The position numbers were made by a program, and so were the translations under genes. The notes beneath the pieces were generated by a model, which was given only the letters and a program-made list of their open reading frames with translations, was not told the DNA's origin and searched no databases. From Nitrospirota bacterium (lineage in GTDB: Bacteria; Nitrospirota; Leptospirillia; Leptospirillales; Leptospirillaceae), in NCBI GenBank assembly GCA_035873205.1, contig JAYWMN010000059.1, positions 1,726 to 65,725 on the forward strand: DNA of 64,000 nucleotides, in the 5' to 3' direction. Below, piece by piece: positions 36,157 through 46,572 of this stretch (position 1 is its first letter; each line of letters begins with the position of its first letter).

Positions 36157-37760
36157 ATCTCGGGCCGAAGAAGCGGAAAGAGAAGGACGTCCCTGATAGA
36201 AGTCTGGTTGGTCAGAAGCATCACCAGACGATCGATGCCTATCCCTTCACCCGCCGTAGGCGGAAGACCCACCTCAAGCGCTCTTACATAGTCGTAGTCG
36301 GGCGGGGGAGCTTCAAGGTCGCCGGAAAGACGGGATTCCTGCTGGGACAAAAAGCGGCGCAGCTGTTCGTCCGGATCGTTGAGCTCGTTGAAGCCGTTGG
36401 CCAGTTCGATGCCTCCGACAAAGAGCTCAAAGCGGTCGGTGATTTCCGGATCGGTGCGTGAAGACCGGGCAAGGGGCGAGATCGCCTTGGGGTAACCCGT
36501 GACGAATGTGGGCTGGATCAGAGAGGGCTCGATGGCGGCCTCGAAGAGAGTGTTCAGGAGATCTGCGATGTAAGGTTTTCCGGGCCGCGGTTCGGGAAGG
36601 GGGATCCGGTTTTCCCGGATGATTCCTATGAGGAGATCATCGTTGAAATAATCCCCGGGCTGAATACGGAATGCCTCTCCGATGGCTTCGAGGTAAGAGA
36701 TTCTCCGGAAGGGGGGGGCCAGGGAAATCTCCATCTCTCCGAACTGTATTTGGGGGGTCCCGTGAATGGTTTGGGCAAGAGAAGAAAGAAGGATTTCAGT
36801 CAGATCCATCAAGTCTTCATAGGAGGTAAAGGCCGCATAGAATTCCATCATGGTGAACTCGGGATTGTGCCGGGTGCTGATCCCCTCATTTCTGAAGTTT
36901 CGGTTAATCTCGTAGACGCGAGTCATTCCTCCCACAATCAGCCTCTTCAGGTAGAGTTCCGGGGCAATTCGCAGAAAGAGGTCCATTCCGAGTGCGTTGT
37001 GATGGGTTGAAAAGGGTCGGGCCAGAGCTCCCCCGGGCGTCGTTTGCATCATGGGGGTTTCCACTTCGATGAAGCCTCTTGAATCCATGAAATTTCTGAT
37101 GAATCGAACAATCATGGAGCGGGTGACGAAAATCCGGTGCGTTTCCGGAGAAACGATCAGGTCGACGTACCGCTGGCGATACCTCGCCTCCTGGTCGGAC
37201 AGTCCATGCCACTTGTCGGGAAGGGGACGAACACACTTGGACAGTATGACCAGCGAAGTGGCCGTCAATGTCGGCTCACCCGTCTTTGTGAAAAAGAAGG
37301 AGCCGTCGATCCCGATGATATCTCCAAGATCCAGGGTATCGGAGAACAACTGGTAGTCTTTCCCGAGAATATCGGCCCGGACATAAATCTGAAAGCGGTC
37401 CCCCTCATCCTGAAGGGTGGCAAAAAACGCCTTTCCGAACTTTCGGAAAAGAACGATTCTTCCGGCAATCCGGGCTATGGGCGGAGGATCGGGGAGGGTC
37501 TCCGGGGTCAGGTCCCGAAAACGGGACCGGATGGCGGAAATAGTGTCCCTGTTCTCGAACGGAGCGCCATAGGGGTCGATTCCGCTGGAAAGGATCTGCT
37601 CCCTTTTCTGCCGGCGAACTCGTTCGTGCTCGGTCTGTTCAAGAGGTCCGTTTGAATGGAATTGGTTGTGAGAAATCAATCGTCCCGTCTTTCCTGTTGC
37701 TGATACCCGATCAGGCTGGTTTGTTGAGGTGTCGTGCGAGATCCTCCGGGGAGAAGACAC
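36153..37760 (-). CDS. lysS: lysine--tRNA ligase (class II)
   Basis: An OB-fold anticodon-binding region and class II motifs (FIEVETPMM; [11 protein letters not shown]; [13 protein letters not shown]). The ATG at 37760 overlaps mtnA by 50 nt. An alternative TTG lies at 37679, so the start is uncertain. Confidence 0.9.
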   Translation of the reverse strand: MSSPRRISHDTSTNQPDRVSATGKTGRLISHNQFHSNGPLEQTEHERVRRQKREQILSSGIDPYGAPFENRDTISAIRSRFRDLTPETLPDPPPIARIAGRIVLFRKFGKAFFATLQDEGDRFQIYVRADILGKDYQLFSDTLDLGDIIGIDGSFFFTKTGEPTLTATSLVILSKCVRPLPDKWHGLSDQEARYRQRYVDLIVSPETHRIFVTRSMIVRFIRNFMDSRGFIEVETPMMQTTPGGALARPFSTHHNALGMDLFLRIAPELYLKRLIVGGMTRVYEINRNFRNEGISTRHNPEFTMMEFYAAFTSYEDLMDLTEILLSSLAQTIHGTPQIQFGEMEISLAPPFRRISYLEAIGEAFRIQPGDYFNDDLLIGIIRENRIPLPEPRPGKPYIADLLNTLFEAAIEPSLIQPTFVTGYPKAISPLARSSRTDPEITDRFELFVGGIELANGFNELNDPDEQLRRFLSQQESRLSGDLEAPPPDYDYVRALEVGLPPTAGEGIGIDRLVMLLTNQTSIRDVLLFPLLRPEI

Positions 37761-38772
37761 CTTGTTCCGTTATAATGGCCGTAATATAGGAAGCCGGCGT
37801 CACATCGAACGCCGGATTGTAGACAGAGATACCTTCCGGAGCGATCCGTGTATTCCCCGAGTGGGTGACCTCCCTGGGAGAACGTTCCTCGATAGGTATC
37901 GTTTTTCCCGTGGGAGTCCGGGGATCGATTGTGGAGAAAGGAGCGGCTACATAGAAGGGGATCCCGTGCTCCTTGGCCAGAACGGCGAGACCGTATGTTC
38001 CGATCTTGTTTGCCGTATCCCCGTTTGCCGCGATCCGGTCAGCCCCGACAATGACAGCGTTGATCTTTCCCTGGCTCATGACCATCGCGGCCATGGAATC
38101 GGTGATCAGGGTCGTCGGGATTCCGTCGGAAGCCAGCTCGTAGGCCGTCAGGCGTGCGCCCTGAAGGTAGGGTCTTGTCTCATCGGCGAACACCCGGATG
38201 GACTTTCCCGCTTCGATGGCGCCGCGGATGACTCCCAGAGCCGTTCCGTATCCGCCTGTCGCCAGGGCTCCGGCATTGCAGTGTGTCAGTACTGTTGCCG
38301 ACTGGGGCAGAAGCGCCTGGCCGAACGCCCCGATTTTCCTGTTTCTGGCAATATCGTCCTCCTTGATCGACTGGGCTTCCTTGAAGAGAGCCTGGGTACG
38401 CTCATGGGAAGAAAGCGACGCGACTCTTTGCCAGAGGGGGCGCATGCGGTCGATGGCCCAAAAAAGGTTGACCGCGGTGGGACGCGTTTCGGAGATCGTC
38501 CTTGCTATCTTTTCCATACGCTCCATAAAAAAGTCTGGAGAGAGGGACTCATGGATCTCCTGTGCGCCAAGAGCGATCCCGAAGGCCGCAGAAATTCCGA
38601 TGGCTGGCGCTCCCCTTACGACCATGTCGCGAATGGCGACGGCAAGCTCCTCATGGTTCCTGCATTCGACGACAACTTCCTGTTGGGGCAGAAGGCGTTG
38701 GTCGATGAGATGCACCTCTGTTTTTCCGTTGTCTTTGACTACTGTCCAGATGGCTTCAACCATTTTGTCCAA
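37711..38772 (-). CDS. mtnA: S-methyl-5-thioribose-1-phosphate isomerase (eIF-2B alpha/beta/delta family)
   Basis: 353 aa with [24 protein letters not shown] and [19 protein letters not shown]. Confidence 0.88.
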   Translation of the reverse strand: MDKMVEAIWTVVKDNGKTEVHLIDQRLLPQQEVVVECRNHEELAVAIRDMVVRGAPAIGISAAFGIALGAQEIHESLSPDFFMERMEKIARTISETRPTAVNLFWAIDRMRPLWQRVASLSSHERTQALFKEAQSIKEDDIARNRKIGAFGQALLPQSATVLTHCNAGALATGGYGTALGVIRGAIEAGKSIRVFADETRPYLQGARLTAYELASDGIPTTLITDSMAAMVMSQGKINAVIVGADRIAANGDTANKIGTYGLAVLAKEHGIPFYVAAPFSTIDPRTPTGKTIPIEERSPREVTHSGNTRIAPEGISVYNPAFDVTPASYITAIITEQGVFSPEDLARHLNKPA

Positions 38773-38851
38773 TCTTCGCTGTGAGGGTCATCATCCAGGC
38801 AAGCGACCCGGCTTTTGAGGAAAGCCGGGATACAATCCTGCCCGACCGTGT

Positions 38852-39619
38852 TTATTTGGGCCGGATCGGCATGGGAGACGGAGCCGAAGGGGGGGTGATC
38901 CCGTTTTTCATGAGGAATGGTTCTGATTCCGCGGCCCATGGGGAGCTCGGAAACTCCGAGATGAGCTTTTTGTAGTTGACGATGGCCAGAGCGGGCTGGT
39001 TCAGATTTTCATAAATTTTTCCAATATTGTAGAGGGCGGCATCGGCCAGAATTTTTTCAGGGAAGGCCACGACCTTCTGAAACATCGCAAGGGCCTGGTC
39101 GTACTGACGGGAGGACATCAGGGTGACTCCCATGCTTTCGTAATAGAACGGAAGAAGCTTCATGTTTCCGGCATTTCTGTCCAGTCCCTGATGAAGCCAG
39201 ACAAGAGCCGTATTGGAGTCCTTGGGATTCTGGATGTTGGCGATGGAGGCCAGGAAAAGGGGGGCGATCCGGGACGAGGAGGTTTCCTTGTATTTTTCCA
39301 TCACCTGCTCAAAGAGTTTCTTTGCCTGGACAAGTTCAGAACCGTTTCCTCTCTGTCCCTGGGAATAAAGCTGTTCCGCCTGGGTTTCGAGGGCGGCGGC
39401 CAGGGATTCGGTCTTTTTCTTGTTCGAATGGATATGGTAGACAACCCCGGTCCCGATCAGGAGTACAAGAAGGATCGCCGAGGCAAAAATCCAGGTGTTT
39501 CTCGAAGCCTGAAGGGGTGAAATCGGTATGGATGGGCGGGACGGAGGCGTGAGCGGAGCCGAAGCCCCTGGCGATGACTGGGTGTCCGGGGAAGGTTTCT
39601 TTCTGATCCTGTAAGCCAT
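38852..39619 (-). CDS. membrane-anchored tetratricopeptide-repeat protein
   Basis: One TM segment (WIFASAILLVLLIGTGVVY) followed by TPR-like helices (ALYNIGKIYENLNQPALAIVNYKKLISEFP). The start was moved to MAYRIRKK (39619), which has AAGGA 5 nt upstream. Confidence 0.7.
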   Translation of the reverse strand: MAYRIRKKPSPDTQSSPGASAPLTPPSRPSIPISPLQASRNTWIFASAILLVLLIGTGVVYHIHSNKKKTESLAAALETQAEQLYSQGQRGNGSELVQAKKLFEQVMEKYKETSSSRIAPLFLASIANIQNPKDSNTALVWLHQGLDRNAGNMKLLPFYYESMGVTLMSSRQYDQALAMFQKVVAFPEKILADAALYNIGKIYENLNQPALAIVNYKKLISEFPSSPWAAESEPFLMKNGITPPSAPSPMPIRPK

Positions 39620-39629
39620 GATGTTCCTT

Positions 39630-39953
39630 TCAGAGGGTTTTGTCGCTGTTTTCCAAAACAAAGAACAGATTTTCCGGAAGAGGTTTTTTCTTGCTCTTCA
39701 ACTGGTCAAGAAGTTTTATTGTCAATGTCCTGTCCATGTCGGAAAACCAGTATCCTTCCGGATAGAGGACGGCCATGGGGCCGGACTCGCATTGCTTGAG
39801 ACACCCCATCTTCGACACCAGAAGCCAGGAGAGGTCCGGGGACTGATCACAGATGTTTTGTGCAAGAATCTTTAATTCTTCCCCACCCTTTCCCATACAT
39901 TTGTTTCCGGTACAGAAAAGAAGATGATTTTTGATGGAAATCTGTTTTCTCAT
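39630..39953 (-). CDS. thioredoxin-like [2Fe-2S] ferredoxin (NuoE-fold)
   Basis: The Cys pattern Cx4C...Cx3C (FCTGNKC ... GCLKQCESGP) is typical of thioredoxin-like 2Fe-2S ferredoxins. The start was trimmed to MRKQISIK (39953). Confidence 0.7.
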   Translation of the reverse strand: MRKQISIKNHLLFCTGNKCMGKGGEELKILAQNICDQSPDLSWLLVSKMGCLKQCESGPMAVLYPEGYWFSDMDRTLTIKLLDQLKSKKKPLPENLFFVLENSDKTL

Positions 39954-40054
39954 GTATGATCCCGTACTTTCTGAAAATCGGTCCGGAAGGGGTATCTTCC
40001 GGAGATCCGGCAAATGGAGCATGACCGGCCCTTTGCGTTAAGAGCGATATATAT

Positions 40055-41377
40055 CTAGACAAAATTGTCATAGGCGTAACGAGGAACCCTTCCTGCGTGT
40101 CGGCAGGGGGACCCGTTGAAGTGTTCTTCGACGACTGAAGGGAAATGGGCCAGAACCGATTGCACCGTATAGGCCGATGCAGTGATGAGACCACAGTTTC
40201 CGCGACCCTTGATCATTTCGGAAATTTTCTGGATTCTGTTCACCGTCTCCTGGGATCCGTGGCCGGATTCTATGGTCTCAAGAAGGCCGTGAAGGGATTC
40301 CGTTCCAAGACGGCAGGGAGGGCACTGGCCGCAGGAGCCTTTTTCGTAAAACAGGGCAAACTCCCTTGATGTCGCCACGGGGCAATCCCCCGTTCCCAGG
40401 ACAATGATTCCGGCCGAACCCAGCCCGCTCCCCTTGGCTCTCAGAGAGTCGTACTCAAGCGGGGTATCGATCTCCTGGACCGGAAGAATACCGAAAGAGG
40501 GGCCCCCCGTGAAAAATCCCTGAAATGATTCACCGGGAAGAGGACCTCCGGCATAGTCTTCGAGAAGCCTCCGGAGGGGGAACCCGAGGGGAAGTTCGAC
40601 GACGACGGGACGGGCGACAGAACCGGAAACGGTAAAGATCATCGTTCCCGGGCTCTTTTGAGTTCCTCTCATCCGGAACCACGACGCATCGTGGGCAAGA
40701 ATCTGGGCGACATGCGCATATGTTTCCACATTGTTGACGACGGTCGGTTTCCGGAACAGCCCCATCTCGGTCGGGTAAAAGGGAGGCTTCGGACGAGGGC
40801 GGGGAGGCCTTCCTTCGAGAGCTTCCAGAAGAGCCGTTTCCTCACCGGCGATATAGGCGGCCGGACCGACGAAGATCTGAAGATCGAGAGAGTAGGGAGT
40901 TCCCAGGATGTTGTCCCCGAGATAACCGGCCTCCAGCGCTTCTTTTTTGGCCGCATTGAGAATGCTTGCCCCATGGGGAAAGCTGTCTTTGACAAAAAGA
41001 TGAGCCTGCCTTGCCCCGACCGCATAGGACGCGATGATCATCCCTTCGATGATCTGGTGGGGAGAGTGGGCAATCAGAAAGTGGTCCTTGTGGCTTCCCG
41101 GTTCTCCTTCGCTTCCATTGGCGACGACATAGCGTTCAGTCACCCGATGCTGGGCCACTTTTTCCCATTTCAGGGCCGTTGGAAACCCCGATCCGCCTCT
41201 TCCGCGAAGTCCGGAGGACTTGACCTCAGCGATAACGTCGAAAGGAGAGAGTTTGAGCACGGACCGTCGAAGCCCCTCATAGCCTCCGGCCGACACATAG
41301 GAGGAGAGTGACGGATTTCCGATCAAATCCGGTCTGGTCAGAATGCGTTCCGGACCTTCCATGATGTGCATATCCAT
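40055..41377 (-). CDS. NuoF-like NAD(P)H-binding FMN/4Fe-4S flavoprotein
   Basis: 440 aa with the glycine-rich NADH/FMN motifs GLRGRGGSGFPTALKWEKV and GEPGSHKD, and the 4Fe-4S (N3-type) motif SCGQCPPCRLGT. Confidence 0.85.
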   Translation of the reverse strand: MDMHIMEGPERILTRPDLIGNPSLSSYVSAGGYEGLRRSVLKLSPFDVIAEVKSSGLRGRGGSGFPTALKWEKVAQHRVTERYVVANGSEGEPGSHKDHFLIAHSPHQIIEGMIIASYAVGARQAHLFVKDSFPHGASILNAAKKEALEAGYLGDNILGTPYSLDLQIFVGPAAYIAGEETALLEALEGRPPRPRPKPPFYPTEMGLFRKPTVVNNVETYAHVAQILAHDASWFRMRGTQKSPGTMIFTVSGSVARPVVVELPLGFPLRRLLEDYAGGPLPGESFQGFFTGGPSFGILPVQEIDTPLEYDSLRAKGSGLGSAGIIVLGTGDCPVATSREFALFYEKGSCGQCPPCRLGTESLHGLLETIESGHGSQETVNRIQKISEMIKGRGNCGLITASAYTVQSVLAHFPSVVEEHFNGSPCRHAGRVPRYAYDNFV

Positions 41378-41608
41378 TTTCAGACCTTTTTGTAGGAACA
41401 GTAAACCGGATCGAATCCGATCAAAATATGTCGACAGAGGTACCGGACAGATCTAAAGAATGGACCAGTTCATGCGTTCAGGAAAAGAATCGAGACAGAG
41501 GGAATCCTTGAAACGCTGAATCTGTTAATGGTACTTCAGACAATGAGAATTTTCAACTCTCGGCGCCCATCCGCGGGGCATCCGATGCCCATTCCTGAGG
41601 AATCGGGG

Positions 41609-42775
41609 TCAGGATTGCCCGGGTCCACGGATGGAGCGGAAGGAAAGCTCAGACAGGATTTTTCGGGCGAGTGAAAATGCTTGCGACTGGTTGTGATCCA
41701 GGACCGTAAAATGCCCCATTTTCCGTCCCTCCCTTGCCGTGTCCTTTCCATAAAGGTAGAGCTTGGCGGTAGGCGAGGAGAGGATCGATTCCAGATCAGG
41801 GGGTCCATTATGCCAGAGATGACCCAGCAGGTTGCCCATGACCGACGGGATCAGGAGGTCGGTCCCGCCAAGCGGCAGGCCTGCCAGAACACGCACCTGT
41901 TGCTCGAATTGACTGGTCATGCAGGCATCGAGGGTATAGTGACCGCTGTTGTGGGGGCGCGGCGCCAGTTCGTTGATGTGGAGGCGATCGCTTGTGTCGA
42001 GAAAGAACTCGACCGAAAGAACGCCGGTATAGGTGAGCCGGCCGGCGATTTCTGCGGCAATCCTCCGGGCCTCGTCCGATATCTCATCGGAAATTCTTGC
42101 CGGGGCGATGGAGTAGTTCAGGATACCCGACTCATGAATGTTTTCAACCACAGGAAAAAATGCAACCTGTCCCGTGGCCGACCGGGCAAGAATAATCGAT
42201 AGTTCTGCCTTGAGGTCGAGTTTTTTCTCGAGAACAAAATATCCGGAAAAGGTTTGAAGAACCCGGCGGAGTTCTTCTTCTGAGGCGATGGACCATTGCC
42301 CTTTCCCGTCGTATCCTTCCCGGCTCGCTTTCAGTATGCCGGGAAGAAGAGGAGCGATCTCGCCGGAGGCGGGAAGGGAAGAGGGCGTGAGCGAAAGAAA
42401 TGAGGCCGTCCTGAAGCCATTCTCCCTTAAAAAGGTTTTCTCCGATATGCGGTCTTGACAGATAGCGACCGCCAGAGACGATGGTCGGACCCTTCGGGTC
42501 TTTTCGAGAAAAGCGAGAGAGGCGGAGGGAACGTTTTCAAACTCCGTCGTGATTGCGGAACAATGTTCGCTGAGGGACCGAAGGACGGCTGGATCGCTGT
42601 AGGGAGCGATCATGGGCCTGTCCGCCACCCTGAGGGCCGGAGCCGACGGATCGGGATCGACGATCATTGTCCGGTACCCCAGCCTTTTTGCCGCCAGCGC
42701 GAACATCATGCCGAGCTGTCCGCCTCCCATGACGCCGAGCGTGGTTCCCGGAGGAAGAGTTTCGGGTGAGGTCAT
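41609..42775 (-). CDS. purK: 5-(carboxyamino)imidazole ribonucleotide synthase
   Basis: 388 aa with an ATP-grasp fold. It has [12 protein letters not shown] at the N-terminus and [13 protein letters not shown]. Confidence 0.9.
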   Translation of the reverse strand: MTSPETLPPGTTLGVMGGGQLGMMFALAAKRLGYRTMIVDPDPSAPALRVADRPMIAPYSDPAVLRSLSEHCSAITTEFENVPSASLAFLEKTRRVRPSSLAVAICQDRISEKTFLRENGFRTASFLSLTPSSLPASGEIAPLLPGILKASREGYDGKGQWSIASEEELRRVLQTFSGYFVLEKKLDLKAELSIILARSATGQVAFFPVVENIHESGILNYSIAPARISDEISDEARRIAAEIAGRLTYTGVLSVEFFLDTSDRLHINELAPRPHNSGHYTLDACMTSQFEQQVRVLAGLPLGGTDLLIPSVMGNLLGHLWHNGPPDLESILSSPTAKLYLYGKDTAREGRKMGHFTVLDHNQSQAFSLARKILSELSFRSIRGPGQS

Positions 42776-43266
42776 GGGTTCGGTGGCAAGGACATGTTGT
42801 GGACCTGTTCGACCAGGCCTTCCCGGTATTTTTGGAGCCTGGAGAAGAGGGCGTTATCCGAACCCGAAAGAATCGAGACCGCGAACAGGGCCGCATTGCC
42901 AGCTCCAGGCTTTCCGATGGCGAAGGTTGCAACGGGAATCCCCCTGGGCATCTGAACGATCGAGAGAAGGGAGTCCATCCCGTTCAGATGGAGCGACGGA
43001 ACCGGAACCCCCAAAACTGGAAGTGTTGTCAGGGAGGCGACCATCCCCGGGAGGTGGGCCGCTCCGCCCGCGCCGGCAATAATAACCCGAAGACCGTTTT
43101 TCACGGCGTCCCGCGCATAGTCGAACATATCGTGAGGGGTCCGGTGGGCGGAGACAATTTTGCATTCGTGGGGGACGGAAAAATCATGAAGAATGTCTGA
43201 TGCGGGCTTCAGCGTCTCCCAGTCGCTTTGGCTTCCCATGATGATGCCGACTAAAGGTCGATTCAT
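42772..43266 (-). CDS. purE: 5-(carboxyamino)imidazole ribonucleotide mutase
   Basis: 164 aa with [17 protein letters not shown] and [10 protein letters not shown]. It overlaps purK by 4 nt. Confidence 0.93.
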   Translation of the reverse strand: MNRPLVGIIMGSQSDWETLKPASDILHDFSVPHECKIVSAHRTPHDMFDYARDAVKNGLRVIIAGAGGAAHLPGMVASLTTLPVLGVPVPSLHLNGMDSLLSIVQMPRGIPVATFAIGKPGAGNAALFAVSILSGSDNALFSRLQKYREGLVEQVHNMSLPPNP

Positions 43267-43427
43267 AAAATACTGGCCTCCCGATCCTTAAGATGTGACT
43301 TTAGGGGTGAGCGATCCCCTTCCTGTCGATGGACCCATTGCCCCTGATCTCCGTCTTTACGCGCCCCCCTGATGAGGACCCCGTTCAAAAAAAGGAATCC
43401 GGGCGATGAGGACCGGAGTCTGGTGTT

Positions 43428-44069
43428 TCAGGACGCCTCCTGGATCAGAACCTCCCCTGCCAGGATGAAAAGATCCGCGTTCCCGATGCCTCCGACGAAT
43501 ACCCTGTCCCCGCCGGGATTGGTCAGGATCAGGGTGGGCCGGACGGTGACCCCTTCGGCTTTTGCCTTTTCGTTGTCTTCCCGGAGAGCAAGGGCGGGGG
43601 AGTTCCCCGACAATACCGATTCAAGATGATCGAGGTCGAATCCGACTTCCTGTGCCGCCTGCTTCATGATGTCACTGTTTCCGATGTTTTTTCCTTCCAG
43701 AAAAGCGACCTCCCTCAATCTGCTCAGGAAGCGGTCACCCAGGACAGGGTTTGCCAGAAGCGCGGCTTTGACAAAATGGCAGCATGTTTCCGTGGATAGG
43801 GGCACCTGTCCTGTTTCCCATCCCTTCGAGGTCATCGTCACACCTGTCGACTGGGACACCTTGGCGATTTTGGGGGCAAAATCGCGAGGTCTCGCCAGAT
43901 GATGATTCTTGAGAAAGGTGTCGAGATCCCTGTAAAGAATGAAAAGCCGGTGCTCGAAATGGAGCCGATCCCCGAAATGCCGTCTGAAATCCCCAATGGA
44001 TTTTTCAGCGGCAAAACTCCAGGAGCAGAAAGGATCGGTGTACCATTCGGCGAAAAGAAGGGGTTCCAT
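43428..44069 (-). CDS. DsbA-family thioredoxin-fold protein with a monothiol CxxS motif
   Basis: 213 aa. The N-terminal YTDPFCSWSF sits where DsbA/FrnE-like proteins have DPxCxWC, so the second Cys is replaced by Ser. The C-terminal VTVRPTLIL fits the cis-Pro loop region. Confidence 0.6.
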   Translation of the reverse strand: MEPLLFAEWYTDPFCSWSFAAEKSIGDFRRHFGDRLHFEHRLFILYRDLDTFLKNHHLARPRDFAPKIAKVSQSTGVTMTSKGWETGQVPLSTETCCHFVKAALLANPVLGDRFLSRLREVAFLEGKNIGNSDIMKQAAQEVGFDLDHLESVLSGNSPALALREDNEKAKAEGVTVRPTLILTNPGGDRVFVGGIGNADLFILAGEVLIQEAS

Positions 44070-44081
44070 GAAATGACTCCA

Positions 44082-44963
44082 TCAGGTAGGGGGGGTATGG
44101 GGGCCGTCTTGATTCTTCAGTGTGCGGATCTTGTTCAGAATGCCCTGAGCTTCGAGAATATACTTTTTGACCTTCTCATTGGAAGGATCGATTTTAAGGG
44201 ACTTATTCCAGTATTGGATGGCTGAATGGATTTTCTGGTGGCGGTAGGCGATAAGACCTTTCGAAATAATTCGGTCGTTCAATACACCGACCCGTGAAAT
44301 CACCGTCTGTGCCAGTTTGTTTTTTGAATCGGCGGACAAGGATTGCCGTGCCAGGAGAATGGCATCGAAGTATCGTCCCTGATGATATCTCCTCAGGGAC
44401 CAGTGAGCATAGGCGCCGGCAACAAGGGGCCGGAACGAATATTTTTTGAACGGTTGCAACTGGTTCATAGTCTGTATCGCATATTTTTCATTGTTCACAT
44501 GGATCGCGTGGCGAAAGAAGCGCGAAAGCACCAACGGTTTCAGCACAAGGAGGCTGTTTGTATAGTCCCTGACGCTCAGCGTCCTGATCTTGAGAATCTC
44601 CTCATAGGCGCCGGCGTAGTCTTCCTTGTCAAAAAGATCGTTCAGGAGTTCTCCCCGGGTATAATTCCATTCGCGTTCCGCAAGAAGAACGAAGCTCTCC
44701 CGTTCAGTCGGATTGTGGATGCGTTTGGCGATTTCCAGAGCTTCCCGGTAATGTTTTTGGGAGAGCGCCTGAAGGAAGTGGAGTCGGTTCAGGGATTCCA
44801 TGGAGGGCTTTTTATGGGCCGCATGGGGAGGGGAAGGAGGCGGAGGAGCCGGCTTGAGCGGCAAGGAGCAGGATACCAGAAGGCATAAGGCCAGCAGGGA
44901 AAAGGGGAAAAATCCGGCATTTCGAAAGGAGGACGGAAAGGGGGAACGAAACAGCAATCTCAT
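44082..44963 (-). CDS. lipoprotein with a TPR-like C-terminal region
   Basis: Lipobox LLVSC after a hydrophobic leader. The C-terminus has SAIQYWNKSLKIDPSNEKVKKYILEAQ. An ATGA overlap links it to the upstream cyclase gene. Confidence 0.65.
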   Translation of the reverse strand: MRLLFRSPFPSSFRNAGFFPFSLLALCLLVSCSLPLKPAPPPPSPPHAAHKKPSMESLNRLHFLQALSQKHYREALEIAKRIHNPTERESFVLLAEREWNYTRGELLNDLFDKEDYAGAYEEILKIRTLSVRDYTNSLLVLKPLVLSRFFRHAIHVNNEKYAIQTMNQLQPFKKYSFRPLVAGAYAHWSLRRYHQGRYFDAILLARQSLSADSKNKLAQTVISRVGVLNDRIISKGLIAYRHQKIHSAIQYWNKSLKIDPSNEKVKKYILEAQGILNKIRTLKNQDGPHTPPT

Positions 44964-46378
44964 GGAGCATTCTCTCCATTTATCGATGGAATCTTTTGCA
45001 TGGCAATCGTTTCGATGGAGTGAACGAGAATTGGTTTTTTCACTCCCTTCATCTGGAGTGTTTCTGAGCGAGAAATCCTGAAAAAATGGCCTTCACAGCG
45101 TTTCAGGAGCTGGTCCGAAACAAGGATTTCCCCCGCTCCGGCGTTTTCCTGAATCCGGTAGGCGATATTGACCGGACTTCCAACGACAGTATACTCCATA
45201 CGGGTTTTGGATCCTATATGCCCGACCACCCCTTCCCCGATATGAAGCCCGAAACCGAACTCAACCGCGGGTTTTCCTTCCAATTCTCTCGTCATCGAAA
45301 GAGCCGTGATTTTTTCTCTCATCGACAGGGCGCATTCGAGGGAATAGTCCGGATGCCGGGAGAGATATTCCGGAATCCCGAAGACGATCATGATCCCGTC
45401 GCCCATGATGTTGTTGACCGATCCCTTGTACAGAAAGATATCGTCGATGAAGGAATTGAAATAATCGTTGAGGATCTGGACAACCTCTTCCGGCGGAAGC
45501 TGGTCCGACAGGGTCGTAAAATTCCGGATATCTGCAAAAAGAATTACCGTTTCCTGACGGTATCCCCCCAGATGAACCAGCTCGGGATGATTGATGAGAT
45601 GTTCCGCAACATCTCTGGAAACATAGCGGACAAGCGCTTTTTCCAGAAGCTCCTTATGCTTGAGTCCCGCGACCATCTCATTGAAAGCTCCGACAAGATC
45701 TCCTGTTTCATCCGGTAGATAAGGAGTCTGAACCGGTTCGAATGTCCCTTCTCCGACTTTTCTGGTGGCATCCCTCAATCGTCGGATTGGCCGGGAAATA
45801 TAGACCGAGAGCCAGAGGGATCCCAATAGAGCGACCACGAAGCTCACCCCTCCCAGAAGGAGGAAGGAGCGGGTTATCTGGGTTCGGACTTTTTCGTAGG
45901 GGGCATCCGAGAGATAGATATGGACCGTCCCGACGTTGACAGACTTGAAGTTGATGGGTGCTTTCAAAAGATACAAATGTCTTTGTAATATATGGCTGAA
46001 ACTTATAGGAACGGTCTCTTTTCCGGACGGCAGGTTTTGGAGTTCTTCTTTTCTGTCTGCCGACTCAAGGGAGCCGATATTTCCATTGTCAAGGAAGCCC
46101 TCAGGTTTTCCGGTGCGATCAAAGACAAAGATACCAACCACGCCCTTGGAGTTTTCAAAGACCGCCAGATGATCCTCGATCGCCAGGCGATCGTTCTCGA
46201 GCAGGGGAAGGGAAAGGGCCCGTGAAAGTTCCTGCACGAGGAGGACATTGTCTTTTTCGATCTGAATCCGGGTTTGTCGAAGGATTGCGTTTTCGAGCAG
46301 GAAATAACCAAAGACAAGGGCGCTGAAAAGAATGATCAAGGACAAGATGAATAGTTTGTAAAACAGCGGTATTCTCAA
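44960..46378 (-). CDS. membrane-bound class III adenylate/guanylate cyclase with a periplasmic sensor and HAMP domain
   Basis: Two TM segments flank about 150 aa of periplasmic sequence. It has a HAMP region (RPIRRLRDATRKVGEGTF) and cyclase motifs VILFADIRNFTTLSD, GDGIMIVFG and YTVVGSPVNIAYRIQ. Confidence 0.88.
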   Translation of the reverse strand: MRIPLFYKLFILSLIILFSALVFGYFLLENAILRQTRIQIEKDNVLLVQELSRALSLPLLENDRLAIEDHLAVFENSKGVVGIFVFDRTGKPEGFLDNGNIGSLESADRKEELQNLPSGKETVPISFSHILQRHLYLLKAPINFKSVNVGTVHIYLSDAPYEKVRTQITRSFLLLGGVSFVVALLGSLWLSVYISRPIRRLRDATRKVGEGTFEPVQTPYLPDETGDLVGAFNEMVAGLKHKELLEKALVRYVSRDVAEHLINHPELVHLGGYRQETVILFADIRNFTTLSDQLPPEEVVQILNDYFNSFIDDIFLYKGSVNNIMGDGIMIVFGIPEYLSRHPDYSLECALSMREKITALSMTRELEGKPAVEFGFGLHIGEGVVGHIGSKTRMEYTVVGSPVNIAYRIQENAGAGEILVSDQLLKRCEGHFFRISRSETLQMKGVKKPILVHSIETIAMQKIPSINGENAP

Positions 46379-46572
46379 GCACTCTCCCGAATGATGGAAA
46401 CACCAATTGTACTCAAGAATCGGGAATTATGCCAGACTGACCCCGATCCTCCTGACTAAAAAACTCATCGGTGCGGTTCCCTTGTTTCATGATCCACTAA
46501 GGTGTTCATTCCATTATACCGAAGAGAAGGTGATGATCGAAGTTTTTCTGAAAAGCGGAAGGTCGTGACAAA

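Noticed and set aside
37729-38784. 351-aa plus-strand ORF
   Set aside because: It is the mirror frame of mtnA and has no motifs. Similar shadow ORFs were rejected for the same reason: 54211..55344 and 54836..55819 (opposite rtcB and archease), 50484..51452 (opposite mlaE), 59219..60094 (alternative frame of purD), 58077..58844 (alternative frame of tsaC), 20886..21626 (opposite barrel2) and 5864..6592 (opposite the TrkA-C gene).
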